Below, piece after piece: positions 40,172 to 53,076 of a stretch of DNA of 64,000 bases; the stretch's first letter is position 1, and each line of letters starts with the position of its first letter. Position numbers and translations under genes: made by a program. Source of the DNA: Octopus vulgaris (Eukaryota). The stretch lies in NCBI GenBank assembly GCA_951406725.2, contig OX597823.1, positions 23,064,001 to 23,128,000 of the forward strand, given 5' to 3'. The notes below the pieces were generated by a model. It had not been told where the DNA came from and searched no databases. It worked only from the letters and a program-made list of their open reading frames with translations.

Positions 40172-40380
40172 TGTGTGTGTGTAAATTTATATAATAATAA
40201 TAATGAAATTATTGTATACAGTGCTCAGGTGCACCACAACTTGTCAGAAAGTGCATATAAAGTACATGCAGTAATGTAAAAATGTCTGGTGAAAAATTGA
40301 ATATTAATTTGATTAATATCAATTTAAAACCAGTGGCCTAGCATATTGAAAAATCTGAAGATTCAGAAAAATTATATTAC

Positions 40381-40659
40381 ATACATGTAAGAGGGATGTC
40401 CACTAAGTGGACATCCATTATGCTAGAAATAGACCCCTATGGTCTTACCACTAAGAAAAGATTGTTCTCAAGAAAATTCAGCAAACACCAGAACATAAGC
40501 GAGCAAGACAAATGAAAAGATACAAAATATATTTTGTATATTATGTTTTGGCGTTTGCTGAATTTTCTTGAGAACAATCTTTTCTTAGTGGTAAGACCAT
40601 AGGGGGTCTACTTCTAGCATAAGGGATTTCCACTTAGTGGTCATCCCTCTTATATGTAT
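40381..40659. repeat. Long inverted repeat, ~118-bp arms with nested palindrome
   Basis: CTATGGTCTTACCACTAAGAAAAGATTGTTCTCAAGAAAATTCAGCAAAC is exactly mirrored; arm carries GGATGTCCAC-TAA-GTGGACATCC. Confidence 0.92.
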
Positions 40660-40754
40660 ATAGATATATGTGCATGTGTGTATGTGTGTGTGCACATATA
40701 TATATGTATTATATATGTGTGTGTGTATGTGTGCATGTATATATATCAAATAAT

Positions 40755-40983
40755 GTGGCACTCTGTCGGTTACGACGACGAGGGTTCCATCTGATCCAAT
40801 CAATGGAACAGCCTGCTCATGAAATTAACATGCAAAAGGTTGGCCCTTTGAAATACAGGTACAAGAGAAACAGGAAGAAAGAGTGAGAGAAAGTTGTGGT
40901 GAACGAATACAGCAGGGTTCGCCACCACCCCCTACCAGAGCTACCAGAGCCTTGTGGAGCTTTAGGTGTTTTCACTCAATAAA
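40755..40983. repeat. Interspersed repeat fragment (SINE-like, internally deleted)
   Basis: CpG-containing block GTGGCACTCTGTCGGTTACGACGACGAGGG...; recalled as a common octopus repeat, not verifiable within the window. Confidence 0.45.
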
Positions 40984-41311
40984 GCATTTGTCTGCATTTT
41001 AAATGAAAGTGTTTAGAAAATGTTCTAATGCTCATACTTTTTCCAGAGAAAAATTGTAGGATAAGTCAACCAAAGTAGTTAATAGGTTATCACCATTTAG
41101 TAGAGGAATATAATACAATGCCAACTCGAAAGTTTCAACTTTATGGCTCGAAATTATGTATATTATGAACATTTACACACACACATACAAACACAAACAT
41201 ACATGCTGTATCCTGAACACTTAGCCCTCACATAATATATTTGTGCTTTACTTAAACACCCAGTTTTAATACAGGTTATATATATATATATATTTATTTT
41301 CTCTCCTTGTT

Positions 41312-41349
41312 TCTTTCTGTGGAAGAGCATAGGCTCGAAATGTTAAAGA
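41312..41349 (+). ncRNA. Decayed second copy of the 17531 hammerhead-like motif
   Basis: TCTTT-CTGTGGA-A-GAGC-ATAG-GCTC-GAAAT-GTT-AAAGA; downstream ATACTAATACA.TTGTTTGTT...CCACCTGTCTTCGTCTTTT matches 17455-17505 on minus. Confidence 0.55.
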
Positions 41350-41445
41350 CTTTTTCACTTCCCGAACGTTATACTAATACATTTGTTTGTTGTCCACACC
41401 ACCTGTCTTCGTCTTTTTATATATATATATGTATATCGGAATAAT

Positions 41446-41485
<40 letters not shown>

Positions 41486-42869
41486 TTCACACACACACAG
41501 ATACACACATACGCATGCAACAGACAGACAAACACTGGTAGCAGCAGCATTAAACACCAAACAGTGACAGAAGTAACTGTAAATATATACACCTACAACC
41601 CTACCCTAGCGCCACTCAAAGACTGTTGCCAGTATAAGAACACAAGAATACTTAAATACCATCTGTGTGTCTATTAGGTTTTATTAAGATAGACAAACAG
41701 ATATTTCTAGATCTCTGTATCAATATCTCAAGAATGTTGTTTTTCTATTTCTTTTCTCCCTTCTTCCACTTTCCTTCTCAATTGTCACTCTCTCACAAAT
41801 TATCACTCTCTCTCTCTCTCTCTTTTCTCACTATCATTTCTTTTCTGCTCTTTCTTTTCATGTTACTCTTTCTGTCTTGTATATTCTTTGTGCTTTCTTT
41901 CATTCTCTCTTTCCCTCTCCCTCTCTCTTTTTCTCTCTCTCTCTCTCTTTCTCTCGCTTACTGTCTTTCTCTCTCTCTCTTACTCTTGCTTCTTCATCTC
42001 TGTCTCTTTCTCTCTTCCCCACTCTCACTCTTGTTTCTTTTTCTTTTTCCCTCTTCCTCTCCCTCTGTCTTTCTCTTCTTATTCTTCTCTTCACTGTTAT
42101 TCATTTTGTCTCTCAATTTTTCACACACTCTCTCATTCTATCTTTCTTCCCCCCACTCTATTCCACTTTCTCGCTTTTACATTTACTTTCACTTTCTCTC
42201 TTGTCTTATTCTATTTCCCCCACACTATCTTTATTGGTCATTCAATTTTTTTCCTTCACTTTCAGTCTACCTCTTTTTCGTTTCAGTTATTCTCTCTCAC
42301 TTTCCCTTTCTGTATCCCTTTGTGCCTTTCTCTCTCACCCCCAAGCTTGTTTGTGTGTGTGTGTGTGTGTGTGTGTAAAATTCCAGTTTAACAATCAAAA
42401 GTGTTAAATGAACACTTTGAAACATGTTACACTACACAAAACTACAAACAACATTTATCTTAATATTTCACTAACTACAATATTTTACTTTGTCAAAACA
42501 TTCAAAATTATTTTGTTGGATGCAGTATCAGTATTTTCATCATCATCAACAGCAGCAGCAGCGTTGCTATTATCATAAAACCATCATCATAATTGCCATC
42601 AGCACTATCATCATCATCATCACAGTAATAATTTTAAATTCTAGTCTAATGCTGTTCTTAAAGCCTAGGTTTAATCCTTGATTAAGCAGAACAATGATCA
42701 GAGTTATTCCATTAAAGAACATCTTTTTTTCTTTTGAGGACTACATCTTCCAATGTATAAGACAGTAGGGTATGATTTGAGAGAGATTTGGTTACAATTT
42801 CTAGCAGATTGTGTGTCTGAACCGAGACTCTTGAGACTCTGTCTTTAGTTTGGTGAGTTTTTTTTGTTT

Positions 42870-42915
<46 letters not shown>

Positions 42916-43346
42916 CTAGTATGGATTGGATGGGTCTTCTCAGTGATATTTTCATGGTGATGTGGGTTGAATGGGTTTCCTTAGAACCTCTGCTATTCTT
43001 TATGATCATGTGTCAACTTGTGTGTAGAAATGGGAAGGACAGGGGAATAAGACATTGTTGAACTATCTGTTCCAAGGTCAGGAGTTCAAATCCTGCTGCT
43101 ACTGCTCATGTTTCATTGCATTTCTTGAGCTGAAGATTATGTTTACATTATCTCAAGTTCTCACACAGCAGTCATGAAGAACAGGTAACACCAGGTCATC
43201 TGGGAAAGTTTACTTGTATTTGACAAGTATTCTATGAAATTTAACAAATACAAAGTGCATTCCAGGAGGTTTGAGACTTTTTCAGGAGAGACATTTAGTA
43301 CATTATTTACAGTTGACAGATATTTGTCCTCATCTTGTTTATTGTT

Positions 43347-43392
43347 AACACAACGTTTCGGCTGATATACCCTCCAGCTTTCATCAGGTGTC
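43347..43392 (-). ncRNA. Minimal type I hammerhead ribozyme, intact core
   Basis: GACAC-CTGATGA-AAGCTG-GAGGGTATAT-CAGCC-GAAAC-GTT^GTGTT. Confidence 0.75.
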
Positions 43393-43439
43393 TTGGGGAA
43401 ATTTCGAACCTGGGTTCTCATTCCTAAGGTATTTTTCGA

Positions 43440-43481
<42 letters not shown>

Positions 43482-43501
43482 CATCATTATTATTTTTATT
43501 A

Positions 43502-43548
<47 letters not shown>

Positions 43549-43664
43549 GTTATTATTATTATCATCATCATCATCATCATCATCATTCAGGTCACTGCCT
43601 GAAATCAAATTCGGGATCTTGAGGTTAGTAGCACACGCTCTTAACCACTATGCCATATGCCCAT

Positions 43665-43728
43665 GGGCATAGTGGTTAAGAGCGCAGGCTACTAACTCCA
43701 AGATTCTGAGTTTGATTCCAGGCAGTGA

Positions 43729-43732
<4 letters not shown>
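43665..43732 (+). promoter_or_regulatory. tRNA-derived Pol III internal promoter (mirror copy at 43588-43662)
   Basis: A box (T)GGCATAGTGG, anticodon-like loop CTACTAA, B-box-like GAGTTTGATTCC; no 3' acceptor strand. Confidence 0.7.
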
Positions 43733-43772
<40 letters not shown>

Positions 43773-43819
43773 TCGAAAAATACCTTAGGAATGAGAACCC
43801 AGGTTCAAAATTTCCCCAA

Positions 43820-43865
43820 GACACCTGATGAAGGCTGGGGGGTATATTGGCCAAAATGTTGTGTT
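43820..43865 (+). ncRNA. Hammerhead copy with CpG-type core mutations
   Basis: GACAC-CTGATGA-AGGCTG-GGGGGTATAT-TGGCC-AAAAT-GTT-GTGTT (CGAAACG changed to CAAAATG). Confidence 0.65.
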
Positions 43866-43975
43866 AACAACAAACAAGATGAGGACAAATATCTATCAAA
43901 TGTAAATAATGTACATAATTCCTCTCTTAAGTATAGAACTGTAGACATTTATTAATTTGAAAGAAGGACAAAACT

Positions 43976-44400
43976 CTAATCTCCTTCAAAGTAGGATTCT
44001 CTGCCTCCAATGCACTTGTGGTATTTCAGCCACTTCATGAAGGGTCCATCAAAGTCCTCAAAAAGGAAGGTGCCCAGGACCCTTGTCACAACTTCCTTCA
44101 GCTTGGGGGAACAACCAAATGTCACAGGGAGCAAGGTCTGAAATGTAGGGAGGGTGAGATACATTTTTGATGCCCATCTCTGTCAAGATGGAGTTGTGGA
44201 CTTCGTGCATTGTCTTGTTGCTGACACTCTGGCCTTTTATGATGAAATCTCTTTCTGAACACCCTCAAAACCTCCACAAAGTAATCCTTATTGACCATCT
44301 GGCCAGAGGAAACCTAGTGGTTGTAGATGATGCCCTTGCTGTCAAAAAAGAGGATCGTTATGAGCTTGCCAATGGACTGCTTTTTGCCTAGCCTCTTGTG
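43976..44400 (-). mobile_element. Mariner transposase C-terminal remnant
   Basis: QQDNA, HPPYISDLAPCDIWLFPKLK, KCIGGRESYFEGD across frames. Confidence 0.85.
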
Positions 44401-44587
44401 CCAGTGAAAAAAACAGATTCTCAGCTCATATAAATCAATCTATAAGCAATTTGGAACATTTCAGAAGCTTCCGTAATGTTTCTGCTTATTTTAAACTTTA
44501 TTGCATAATAAATTTCTAAATTGTCTTCACGTACTGACTGCATCCTGCAAACTAATCAGCTTTGACAAGCAATGTTTGGAAGGTTAT

Positions 44588-44692
44588 AATTACCAGTTAT
44601 GCACTGGGGTCGATCTAATCGACTTAATCCCTTTGTCTGTCCTTGTTTGTCCCCTCTATGTTTAGCCCCTTGTGGGCAATAAAGAAATAAGG
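44588..44692 (+). mobile_element. SINE family B-related 3' fragment
   Basis: TACCAGTTATGCACTGGGGTCGATCTAATCGAC followed by an alternative tail. Confidence 0.65.
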
Positions 44693-46147
44693 TTATATTC
44701 AAAGTGCTATTATAGCTTTCTCCTTTGATCTGAAATAACTAAAGTTGGCAGGTCAGCTTATTAGATGCATGGTAATGATATACTAAAATTACAATAATTC
44801 AGGACTATCATAACTGCCTCTCCTTAAAAGTCTCAAAACTTCTGGAATGTATTTCATACTAAGCTACCTACAATCACTAATAATTTGTCATTGTGACCAC
44901 ATATTTATAATATAGACAGAACTAAGTCTTATTTTGTGACTGTCAGCCACTCAGCATGCAAAAGCTGCCATGTCTTTGGTACTGGAAGAGTGAAATGAGA
45001 AAAGGACTGGCCCAAAACCCCTTAGGATTGGTGTTTGGGGATTAAACATTCCAGGAAAACGTCATATGCATAAGGATCAGTTGAAAAGACAATTGAATAC
45101 TACAGCTGCTTGACCATGTGGGAGAAACTTACTGCTTTACATGTCTCAAAATGGAGGAAGATGGAACTAGGTCTAAATCTAAGTGTTTCAGAAGCTAGTC
45201 TGTTTCTTTGGGTCCAAATACTACATCAGTTATGAAAAGTCGATTATCTGATATGATACACAAATCTACTTCACCCCAGCATAATGTTCACATAATTGAA
45301 ATATATCTTGGTTGGTGCAGCTGCTGCTATACATACAGATACTCTATATTATGTATAAATAATAAAAAATCATCCATCTGATTGACAAGCTTACACTCAG
45401 TAATGCTATGGAAGCACTACTTCACTAGTATGTGTATCTTTCTTCTATCTTTTCTACTGTTACTAAAATGGTCCATATTTCCCCTCAACTACCAAGCTGT
45501 GTCTCTGTATCTCAGTTAAAATATAAAAGAGAAAAAGAAACATTACTGAGACTATTTGTCTCCTTCCAAGAAATGCTTGCATTATCATTATAGGCTTATT
45601 ATCAGATGACTTTTTTTTTCTCCTTGCTACAAGACAACATAGAAGAATGCTGCTTAAGTTGGTTTGATCTGATGTAAAGTGGGTGTTTCTGGTTCATAGT
45701 AAGTATTATACAGATAGCTAGAGAACTAACCTGCATTCTGTCAACTTCTGAGACCAAACTTCTCTATAGCACTTAACTGGATTAACTGTTTCCCATCTTA
45801 GATGCCTAAAACCATTTGGCTCGCCAAAGACAATGGTTACAATTGAAATTCAAGCTAAATGTTTTTCCTTTAGGCGAGCTAGTAAAATTGACTTCAAAAT
45901 GGTTTAATGGTTAGAGTGAATATCGATAGCTTAGTTTGGTAATTTAAGTGCTTCATGGCTGTGTATTACAAATCAAACATTTTGCTGCTTCTTCATCTGG
46001 TTCTTATCGTTTTCCTTTTGTATTCTTCTGTCTTCTTTTGACTTCACTCTTATGTATAATGTCTTCTTATCTCTCCTGCTGTATTCTTCTACTACAGTCA
46101 CACAGCATCATCATTATTATTGTCGTAGTGGTGGTGGTGGTGGTATT

Positions 46148-46335
46148 GGGATGGCAGAATCATTAGACATTGAGAAAAAAAATGCTTTGAGGCATTCCTT
46201 CCAACTCTTTACATTGAGTTCAAATCCATCTGAGCTCAACTTTGCCTTTCATTCTTCAGGGATCAAGTATAGGGGTCAATGTAAGTAACTAATCCTCTTC
46301 CACTAAAATTGCTGGTATATGCCAAAATTTGAAAT
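46148..46335 (+). mobile_element. SINE family B, diverged, followed by (ATT)n
   Basis: TGGCAGAATCATTAG, GAGTTCAAATCC, CTTTGCCTTTCATTC. Confidence 0.7.
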
Positions 46336-46355
46336 CATTATTATTATCATCATCA

Positions 46356-46395
<40 letters not shown>

Positions 46396-47912
46396 TACTA
46401 CTACTACTACTACTACTACTACCATCATCATCATCATCATTATTGTTATTGTTATCATCATCATCTTTTTTCTCCTCCTTTTCTTTGTATCCAACCACAA
46501 GCAAGTTAGTCTTGACCCGAGGCATATTTCTCAGGGCACTTAATCCTACCTACTCCCTGTCCCATTCACTCATCAAGACAATAGCAAATAACCTGAGAAA
46601 GAGAGAGACAGACAGATAGACAGAGTGCCAATTCATTTCATATTTTCTGGAGCAGATCATGAAGACATTTTCTTGTACACATTATCTTTTTACATTTCCA
46701 GATGCAACCGCTCATGAATTATTCAAAACTTAATTTAAATTTCAATGAATAATCTATAACAGATCAAAGAATTCACTTTTTTATTTTAATATTTTTAACC
46801 TAAGAATCTCCATAGATAATGAAACCATGAAAGAGAGTGAAAGAAACGAATCACAGGTATCAACTAATGAGGTAAAAGAGAAAAAAGTAACAAGAATGCA
46901 AGCATAGTGCATGCTATTAGTTGACTGAGTTGGTTAACAACTCTCGCTTGCATTCACTTCTTTGGTTATAATGAATACATAGTTTCTAGCATAAGAAAGG
47001 TGGGAAGGAGAAGATCAATGGCCTTCTGCAAAAGACAGATTATTACGAAGTGATATGGATGAAGTATGATGTGAGATATAAGTGTTGAATGTAGAAGAGC
47101 TACTGAGAAGCTGGGGAGAAATTTGACTGTAATATTTGTTGGGTATGTAATGTTATGCTACAAAGCACAAGTCAGTAGCGTGAGAGGGACAGATATTCAT
47201 TAGATATAGTATGGTTAAATGGTTAAGAAGCTTGCTAGATATTCACAAGGTTCCAGGTTCAATCCCATTGTATGGCATCTTAGGCTAGTGTTTTTTTACT
47301 TTAGCATTGGGCCACACAGACTCTGTCTGAGGATTGCACTGTGGACTGTAGAATACTCAGTTACTTACACATTAATTGAGTGCTCACTGAATTAATGTGA
47401 AGTAATTGAGTTGATTAAATGACAAAATTCATTACTGGCAATTCAGGTGGTTATTGTTTAACCCCAGGTCAGCTTTGACTATCTTGTCTTTTTCTATATT
47501 GAAAACTACATAGTATAGTGTGTGTTATTACTTTTTTGAGACAGTGTGATTTGAGGGTTATTTGGCTGCTATTTCTAGCTGATCTAATGACTGCATAGAG
47601 GCTTCTTTGTTAGCCCAAGATGTCTGTGGGGCATGAACATATGATGTGCTTTTGGTAGAAACCATTTGTGCAAGTGAAAATTTGGTGAGATCAGATCTCA
47701 GGATACTGGGCCTTGCATAAATGACGACAAGAGACAGAGACAAATAACAAACATGATGTACAGAAGACCTATCCAGTGTGGAAAAATTGACATTGATAAA
47801 TTATTGATGATGAAGTTGATGATGATAATGTGGTCTAGTGATGCTCCTTTTCTTTTTTTTTATTTCACATAGCCTATGTACAGTTAAAGTAAAATGCTTT
47901 GTAGTAAGGAAT

Positions 47913-48473
47913 TGTTGTAGTGAAAATGGTACTCCCCTTCCCATGTGAAAAAGTGGTATGAACCAGCCACTATAAAGTCAGGCAGTCAGTCATTGTAGGA
48001 GGTCAGTAGTAATAGAGTCATACGAGTTCTCAGTTGGAGTCAGTGTCAGTTACGTGTTATATACAAGTTTGAATTGCTGTCAAAGTAGACATTTCAAGCC
48101 ATTGTCTTGTGGAGCTATCAGCAAAAGCCTGATAGATGAGTCAAAGATAATAAGACGCGGAATACTGCCACAACATGATAGTGGTGACAAGAATATTATA
48201 GAGATGACAATAATATACAAGTGGATGAGGATCCACATTACAGTAATCCCTCGCCATATCGCAGTTCACCATCACAGTTTATTATTTAAGCTTACATCAA
48301 TTCCTCCGTGCCCGTTGTTTTGCATTTATAATAAAATATATATATATATACAAATTATAAAAATAATTTTAAAAATATACAGCACAGTACTGTTTCTACT
48401 TCACAGATTTTCACCTATCATGGGAGGTTTTGGAATATAACACCTGCGATAGTCGAGGGATTACTGTATAACA
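47913..48473. mobile_element. Solo LTR (TG...CA) with 5-bp TSD, containing a MITE
   Basis: GGAAT|TGTTGTAG...ATAACA|GGAAT; about 333 bp once the MITE is removed. Confidence 0.7.
48241..48466. mobile_element. pogo/Tigger-type MITE
   Basis: TA-CAGTAATCCCTCGCCATATCGCAG / CTGCGATAGTCGAGGGATTACTG-TA. Confidence 0.9.
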
Positions 48474-49709
48474 GGAATGAAACGGTATTATTGCTGAGAA
48501 TATGGTACAATCAATTCCAAAGACCCAATCTTCAGTGATACAACTGTGCTAATAATAACATCATAAACACCATAAATTTGGTGGTAACCTCTTGGTGGAT
48601 CACGTATTTGAGCTTTGATTCCCAGTTGTAGTTCTTTCTCAACAGATATTCCTATATATAGCAAGGCTATATCTATCTTTGTAAAACCTAATAGAACAAC
48701 AGATGGTATTTCAATATTCTTGTATTCTAACACTGGTTCCAACCTGTTTCCTGTCTGTGGGTATTTTGAGTATGTTGGGGCACAGTCAGCTATCTCTGAC
48801 ACTTATTGGCTTTTGCTGTTGTTGTTACTACTATTACTACTATTGATGCTGTTGATTTTATTTTTGTTGTTATTCTTGATAATTTTGTCGATTTTGTTCT
48901 TGCCAATTTTGTTGTGGCTGCTGCTGTTGTTGTTGCCTGGTTCAAGGTTAACCTTAATCAAACAGACCATTGGTCAAAGACATTTTGGCCATAACCATCT
49001 TTTCTTTTTGTTTTAGCATCATTATTTCAGACTATATTATTCAGTGTATGCCTTTTTAAACATGTGATTTGAGAGATATTTAACTGCTATTTCTGACAGG
49101 TTAAGCAACAGCATAGAAGCTTCTTTATTTGATTGTTATGCATATTCTTGCTGTTGTTGCAGTTAATTTTATTGTTCTTGTTGTTCACCACATTCCCATG
49201 CCTTTGTCTGAGCAGATGTATGTCATGGGTCATAAAAGTAACTAGTCAAATACCTAGTTACAACCTGGCTGTATAGAGTATGTGTACAACATGATATTCA
49301 GTCATTATTATTTTTTAGCCCTAGGCAGGCCTGAGTGACTATTACCTTCCCTTCTTAAGATAGCAGGGTGTGGTCTGATAAACATTTAGCTGTTATTTTT
49401 AACAATGACAGTATGTATTTGACACAGAAACAATTATTTACTTAATTTAAAGTCTTCATCAGCAGTTGTGAAGTCACAAATCTGGACTACGGACTGCACA
49501 TTCATATGTCCTATTCTTACTGCAGCCATTATGCCCTTCTCAGAGCAAGTTCTTGTGTTTCTGATTTCTCCAGATTGCCTCATTAATGAAATATAGACAC
49601 TCCACAGTCCTATTACATGGCTGAAAGGTCAGCATTAAAGTATTCAACCATAAAAATAATTACTCTAACAACTGTTGGAATATGATTACTTGAGCAATTT
49701 CTACCACTA

Positions 49710-49915
49710 ACACAGCACTTCAGGTGCTACAATAACATCTCAAAACATTTCTAGAATACTTCCAGAATACTGCTAGAACACTCCAGAACTACAATGCAAC
49801 ACCCTAGAACACTGCTTCAGCACCACAAAACACAATTACCACACCTCAAGACACTGCTACAACATACCAGAACATTACTTCAATAACCTAAAATACTACC
49901 ACGACTCACTAGAAT
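49710..49915. repeat. Degenerate ~21-bp minisatellite
   Basis: Recurrent AGAACACTGCT.CAA / AGAATACT units. Confidence 0.6.
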
Positions 49916-49926
49916 TCAACTCTTAA

Positions 49927-50148
49927 CCCTTTTGTTACCATATTTATTTTGAGATGCTTTGTGTTTCTGTCAATTAATTTTAAATATAACAAAGAATTTA
50001 GTTAAATAACTTAGTTATCATTAAGCTTGTATTAGGAACATAAATTGTGACTAAGGTTTGGTGGAAGATTTTCATTCAGAACATATGAAAACAAGACATT
50101 TGTACTACAGAGCCAGAGGTGGTTTCAGGCGGGTTGGTATTGAAAGGG
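49927..50148. mobile_element. piggyBac-type MITE
   Basis: TTAA-CCCTTTTGTTACCA ... TGGTATTGAAAGGG-TTAC. Confidence 0.75.
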
Positions 50149-50894
50149 TTACCACCTCTCCCATTCAGTCCAGACAAACAAAACTCATAAACATAACCTT
50201 ATTATCTTCAAATATTGTGCTGGATGGAATGCAACTGTTATGTTCCAAATAAGTTCAATTGTTTGCCTCAGTTATGGCAGTCCTTTGGCCAGGAACAGAC
50301 TACTAGATTGAGGAAAAAGTTTGTGTGCAGTGTTAAAATAATGAACTGAATGAACACACACACATCACAAAAATATATAAAAATGCATCATTTCAACACG
50401 GTGCACAAACTTTTTCCTCAACCTAATATTTACAGTGCAGAGGTGAAAGTATGGTATATCTGGAACAATAAATTTGTGCCTTACATGTGATCATTTGACT
50501 GGATGCCTACATAAGCCATTGAGGGAACCTCTGGATGGCTGCTTTGCCCGCTAAATATGGCTGCCAAATTCCCATTCAATCATTCTTTACTGTCTTAAAA
50601 AAAAAAAAGAAAACACGCATTAGGTAGAGTAGTTCTAGATACTCCTAAAAAAAGACAAGATGGGCATAAACGGAATGCTGTTGTTATTGTTGTTTAACTC
50701 TTGGTTAACTCTGGCCTGTTCAGTCAGGATTGACCTGAAACTGAATGCCTGACTACCTATATGCCATAAATCTTGCTCAGTCAACAACAACAATAAAAAT
50801 ATCCCATTGATGTAAAGCATAAAAAAATATTTTCTGTAATGGGACAATAAATCTCAGCAAACCAAGATCACAATTTGGTTTTGATTCTTGTAGT

Positions 50895-51120
50895 CATCAT
50901 CATTTAATATCTGTCTTCCATGTTGGCAGGGGTTGGATGGTTTGACAGGAGCTAGCAAGTCAGAGAGCTCTATTCTCTACTTTGGCATGGTTTCTATGGC
51001 TGGGTACTTTTTCAAACATTTTATGGAGTGTACTGGGTGCTTTTTACATGCCACCAGCACTGGTGTGTTTTATGTGGCATCAGTTCTAGAATTTTTTGTG
51101 TGGCACCAACACCAGCAGGG
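50895..51120 (-). mobile_element. RTE 3'-tail element, diverged
   Basis: (CAT)n-TTTAATATCTGTCTTCCATGTTGGCAGGGGTTGG...GGGTGCTTTTTACATGCCACC. Confidence 0.7.
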
Positions 51121-52018
51121 TTACTAAGTAACTTGAAAGACAAAAACTTCTCAGCTAAGAGAGGAAGTGGAATCGTAGGGGGTGGCACTGTGCCAGGTGA
51201 GAGGTTAAAATATAATAGATAGAGATAAATGTCTTTCTATAGAGGAGATACTTGGCTACCCCAGTGAGAAGAGAAAGGAGAGGGTGGAAGGTTAGAATCT
51301 GTGTGGTGTTAATGATAAGAATCCATTTAGTAAACCAAACAAATTCTTATTTGTACAATCAATTATAAACCAGCCAAGTTTTCCACAGTATTAATGCATT
51401 CCTAGGGTCCAAAGCAGCTTGGGAAAGTGTAACAAAGCGGGACCTTTTGAAGTTCAGATACAAACTGAAGAGAAAGGGAAAGAGAAGAATAAACTCAGTA
51501 CTTCATCAGTACTTTATTTGTCAACCCTGAAAAGATGAAAGGCTTTTGCCTTTCATAAAAGATAAAAGATAAAGTTGAAAAGCAGGATTTGAACTCAGAG
51601 CAGGGAGAGTCAGAAGGTTAATAATTTGGTCAATTTGCTGCTTTGCATCAGTGATAATTTCAGGAAATCCACCCATACCCTGTCAATCTTTTCCCCTTCC
51701 AAAATCCTCAAGCTTCATTTCTATATCATTATATTATAAATTATTAGTTATACTACAGCTTCATTTGTGACTTGCTCTTTATACTTCTTTATGCTGTATC
51801 TTTGGTCAATAATCTCAATTATTGTCAGCCACTCCCTCCTAATTATTTTTTTAACTGAAGTTTCAAGCAATTTCACTTCTAGACACAAGATTTAAGTTCT
51901 GTAGATTAGAAACAAAATCCCCCCCACTCCCCACCCCAGCAAGAATATAATAAAGACATTGCAAGCGAGGGGTGTGAACTGCCTCAATCTACTTTGTTAT
52001 ATCAGAACTGAAATCTGT

Positions 52019-52200
<182 letters not shown>

Positions 52201-52863
52201 TACTGGCTTTGTTTTACTCTTGGATAAACTGTTTTGTAGTTCTGTATTTCTATAATTCTATAGTTCTTAACTTTCTCTCTTTCTTGTCATACAATTCTAT
52301 CATTCTGAGATTCTGTAGTAGTGCAATACCCTAGTTCTATAATTCTGCATTTCTGTAGTATAGTGTTTGAAATCAGTGTGGTTTAGTGACCAAACTAAAG
52401 AAGTGCCACAAATGGTAAACTAATCTTGTAGATATATTATAGATTTTTAGGTAGACGTGTTCGTTCTTCAACGCTTGGCTTGCTTTCCTACAATTACCAT
52501 TTTTTCTAATCAGTGACAGTTATGTTTGTTCAAAAATAGTTCCAACTCATCATCTACAACACACACACACACACACACACATACACACACACTCGCATAC
52601 AAACATGCATTCTTAACACATGCATCCACTTGCAGCTACTCAGAACTCTTTGCTTATAAAATGCATGACTTCTTGTCCACGTGATACTTAAAAACTATTA
52701 TTACAGCAAGTATAAATTTCTCTTGCCAGCATGTAAATGTCCCGTTTTAGAATCAGAGTTTCAGTGAAGACAGCACATGCTGTTTTTGGATTTAATGTGA
52801 TAAAGTGTTGCTTGTTTGTTATCGTTTTGTTTTGTTATTGGTGGCTTTCTTTACTTTCATTAC

Positions 52864-52914
<51 letters not shown>

Positions 52915-53014
52915 TCTCATGAAATATAATAATAGAAACCGAATGCGTTTCATCTAAACTTTTACTCTACATTGTTAGCAAACTCTCAACCTTACACTTT
53001 GCTGCTCATCTCCA

Positions 53015-53076
<62 letters not shown>

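Larger units (their letters stand above)
43298..43942. mobile_element. Palindromic head-to-head element; each arm is tRNA-like head + (AAT)n + hammerhead; 9-bp TSD
   Basis: Arms about 43298-43662 (-) and 43665-43942 (+); AGACATTTA at 43289-43297 and 43943-43951. Confidence 0.85.

Noticed and set aside
41665-42407. Long hydrophobic ORFs
   Set aside because: Polypyrimidine low-complexity tract open in all three frames
43665-43732. Functional tRNA gene
   Set aside because: No 3' acceptor strand and a degraded T arm; it is the head of a repeat
49400-49470. CTGATGA hammerhead candidate (also 3259, 28058, 39929, 59130)
   Set aside because: No properly placed GAAAC/NUH or stem I; such 7-mers are expected by chance among (GAT)n-rich DNA
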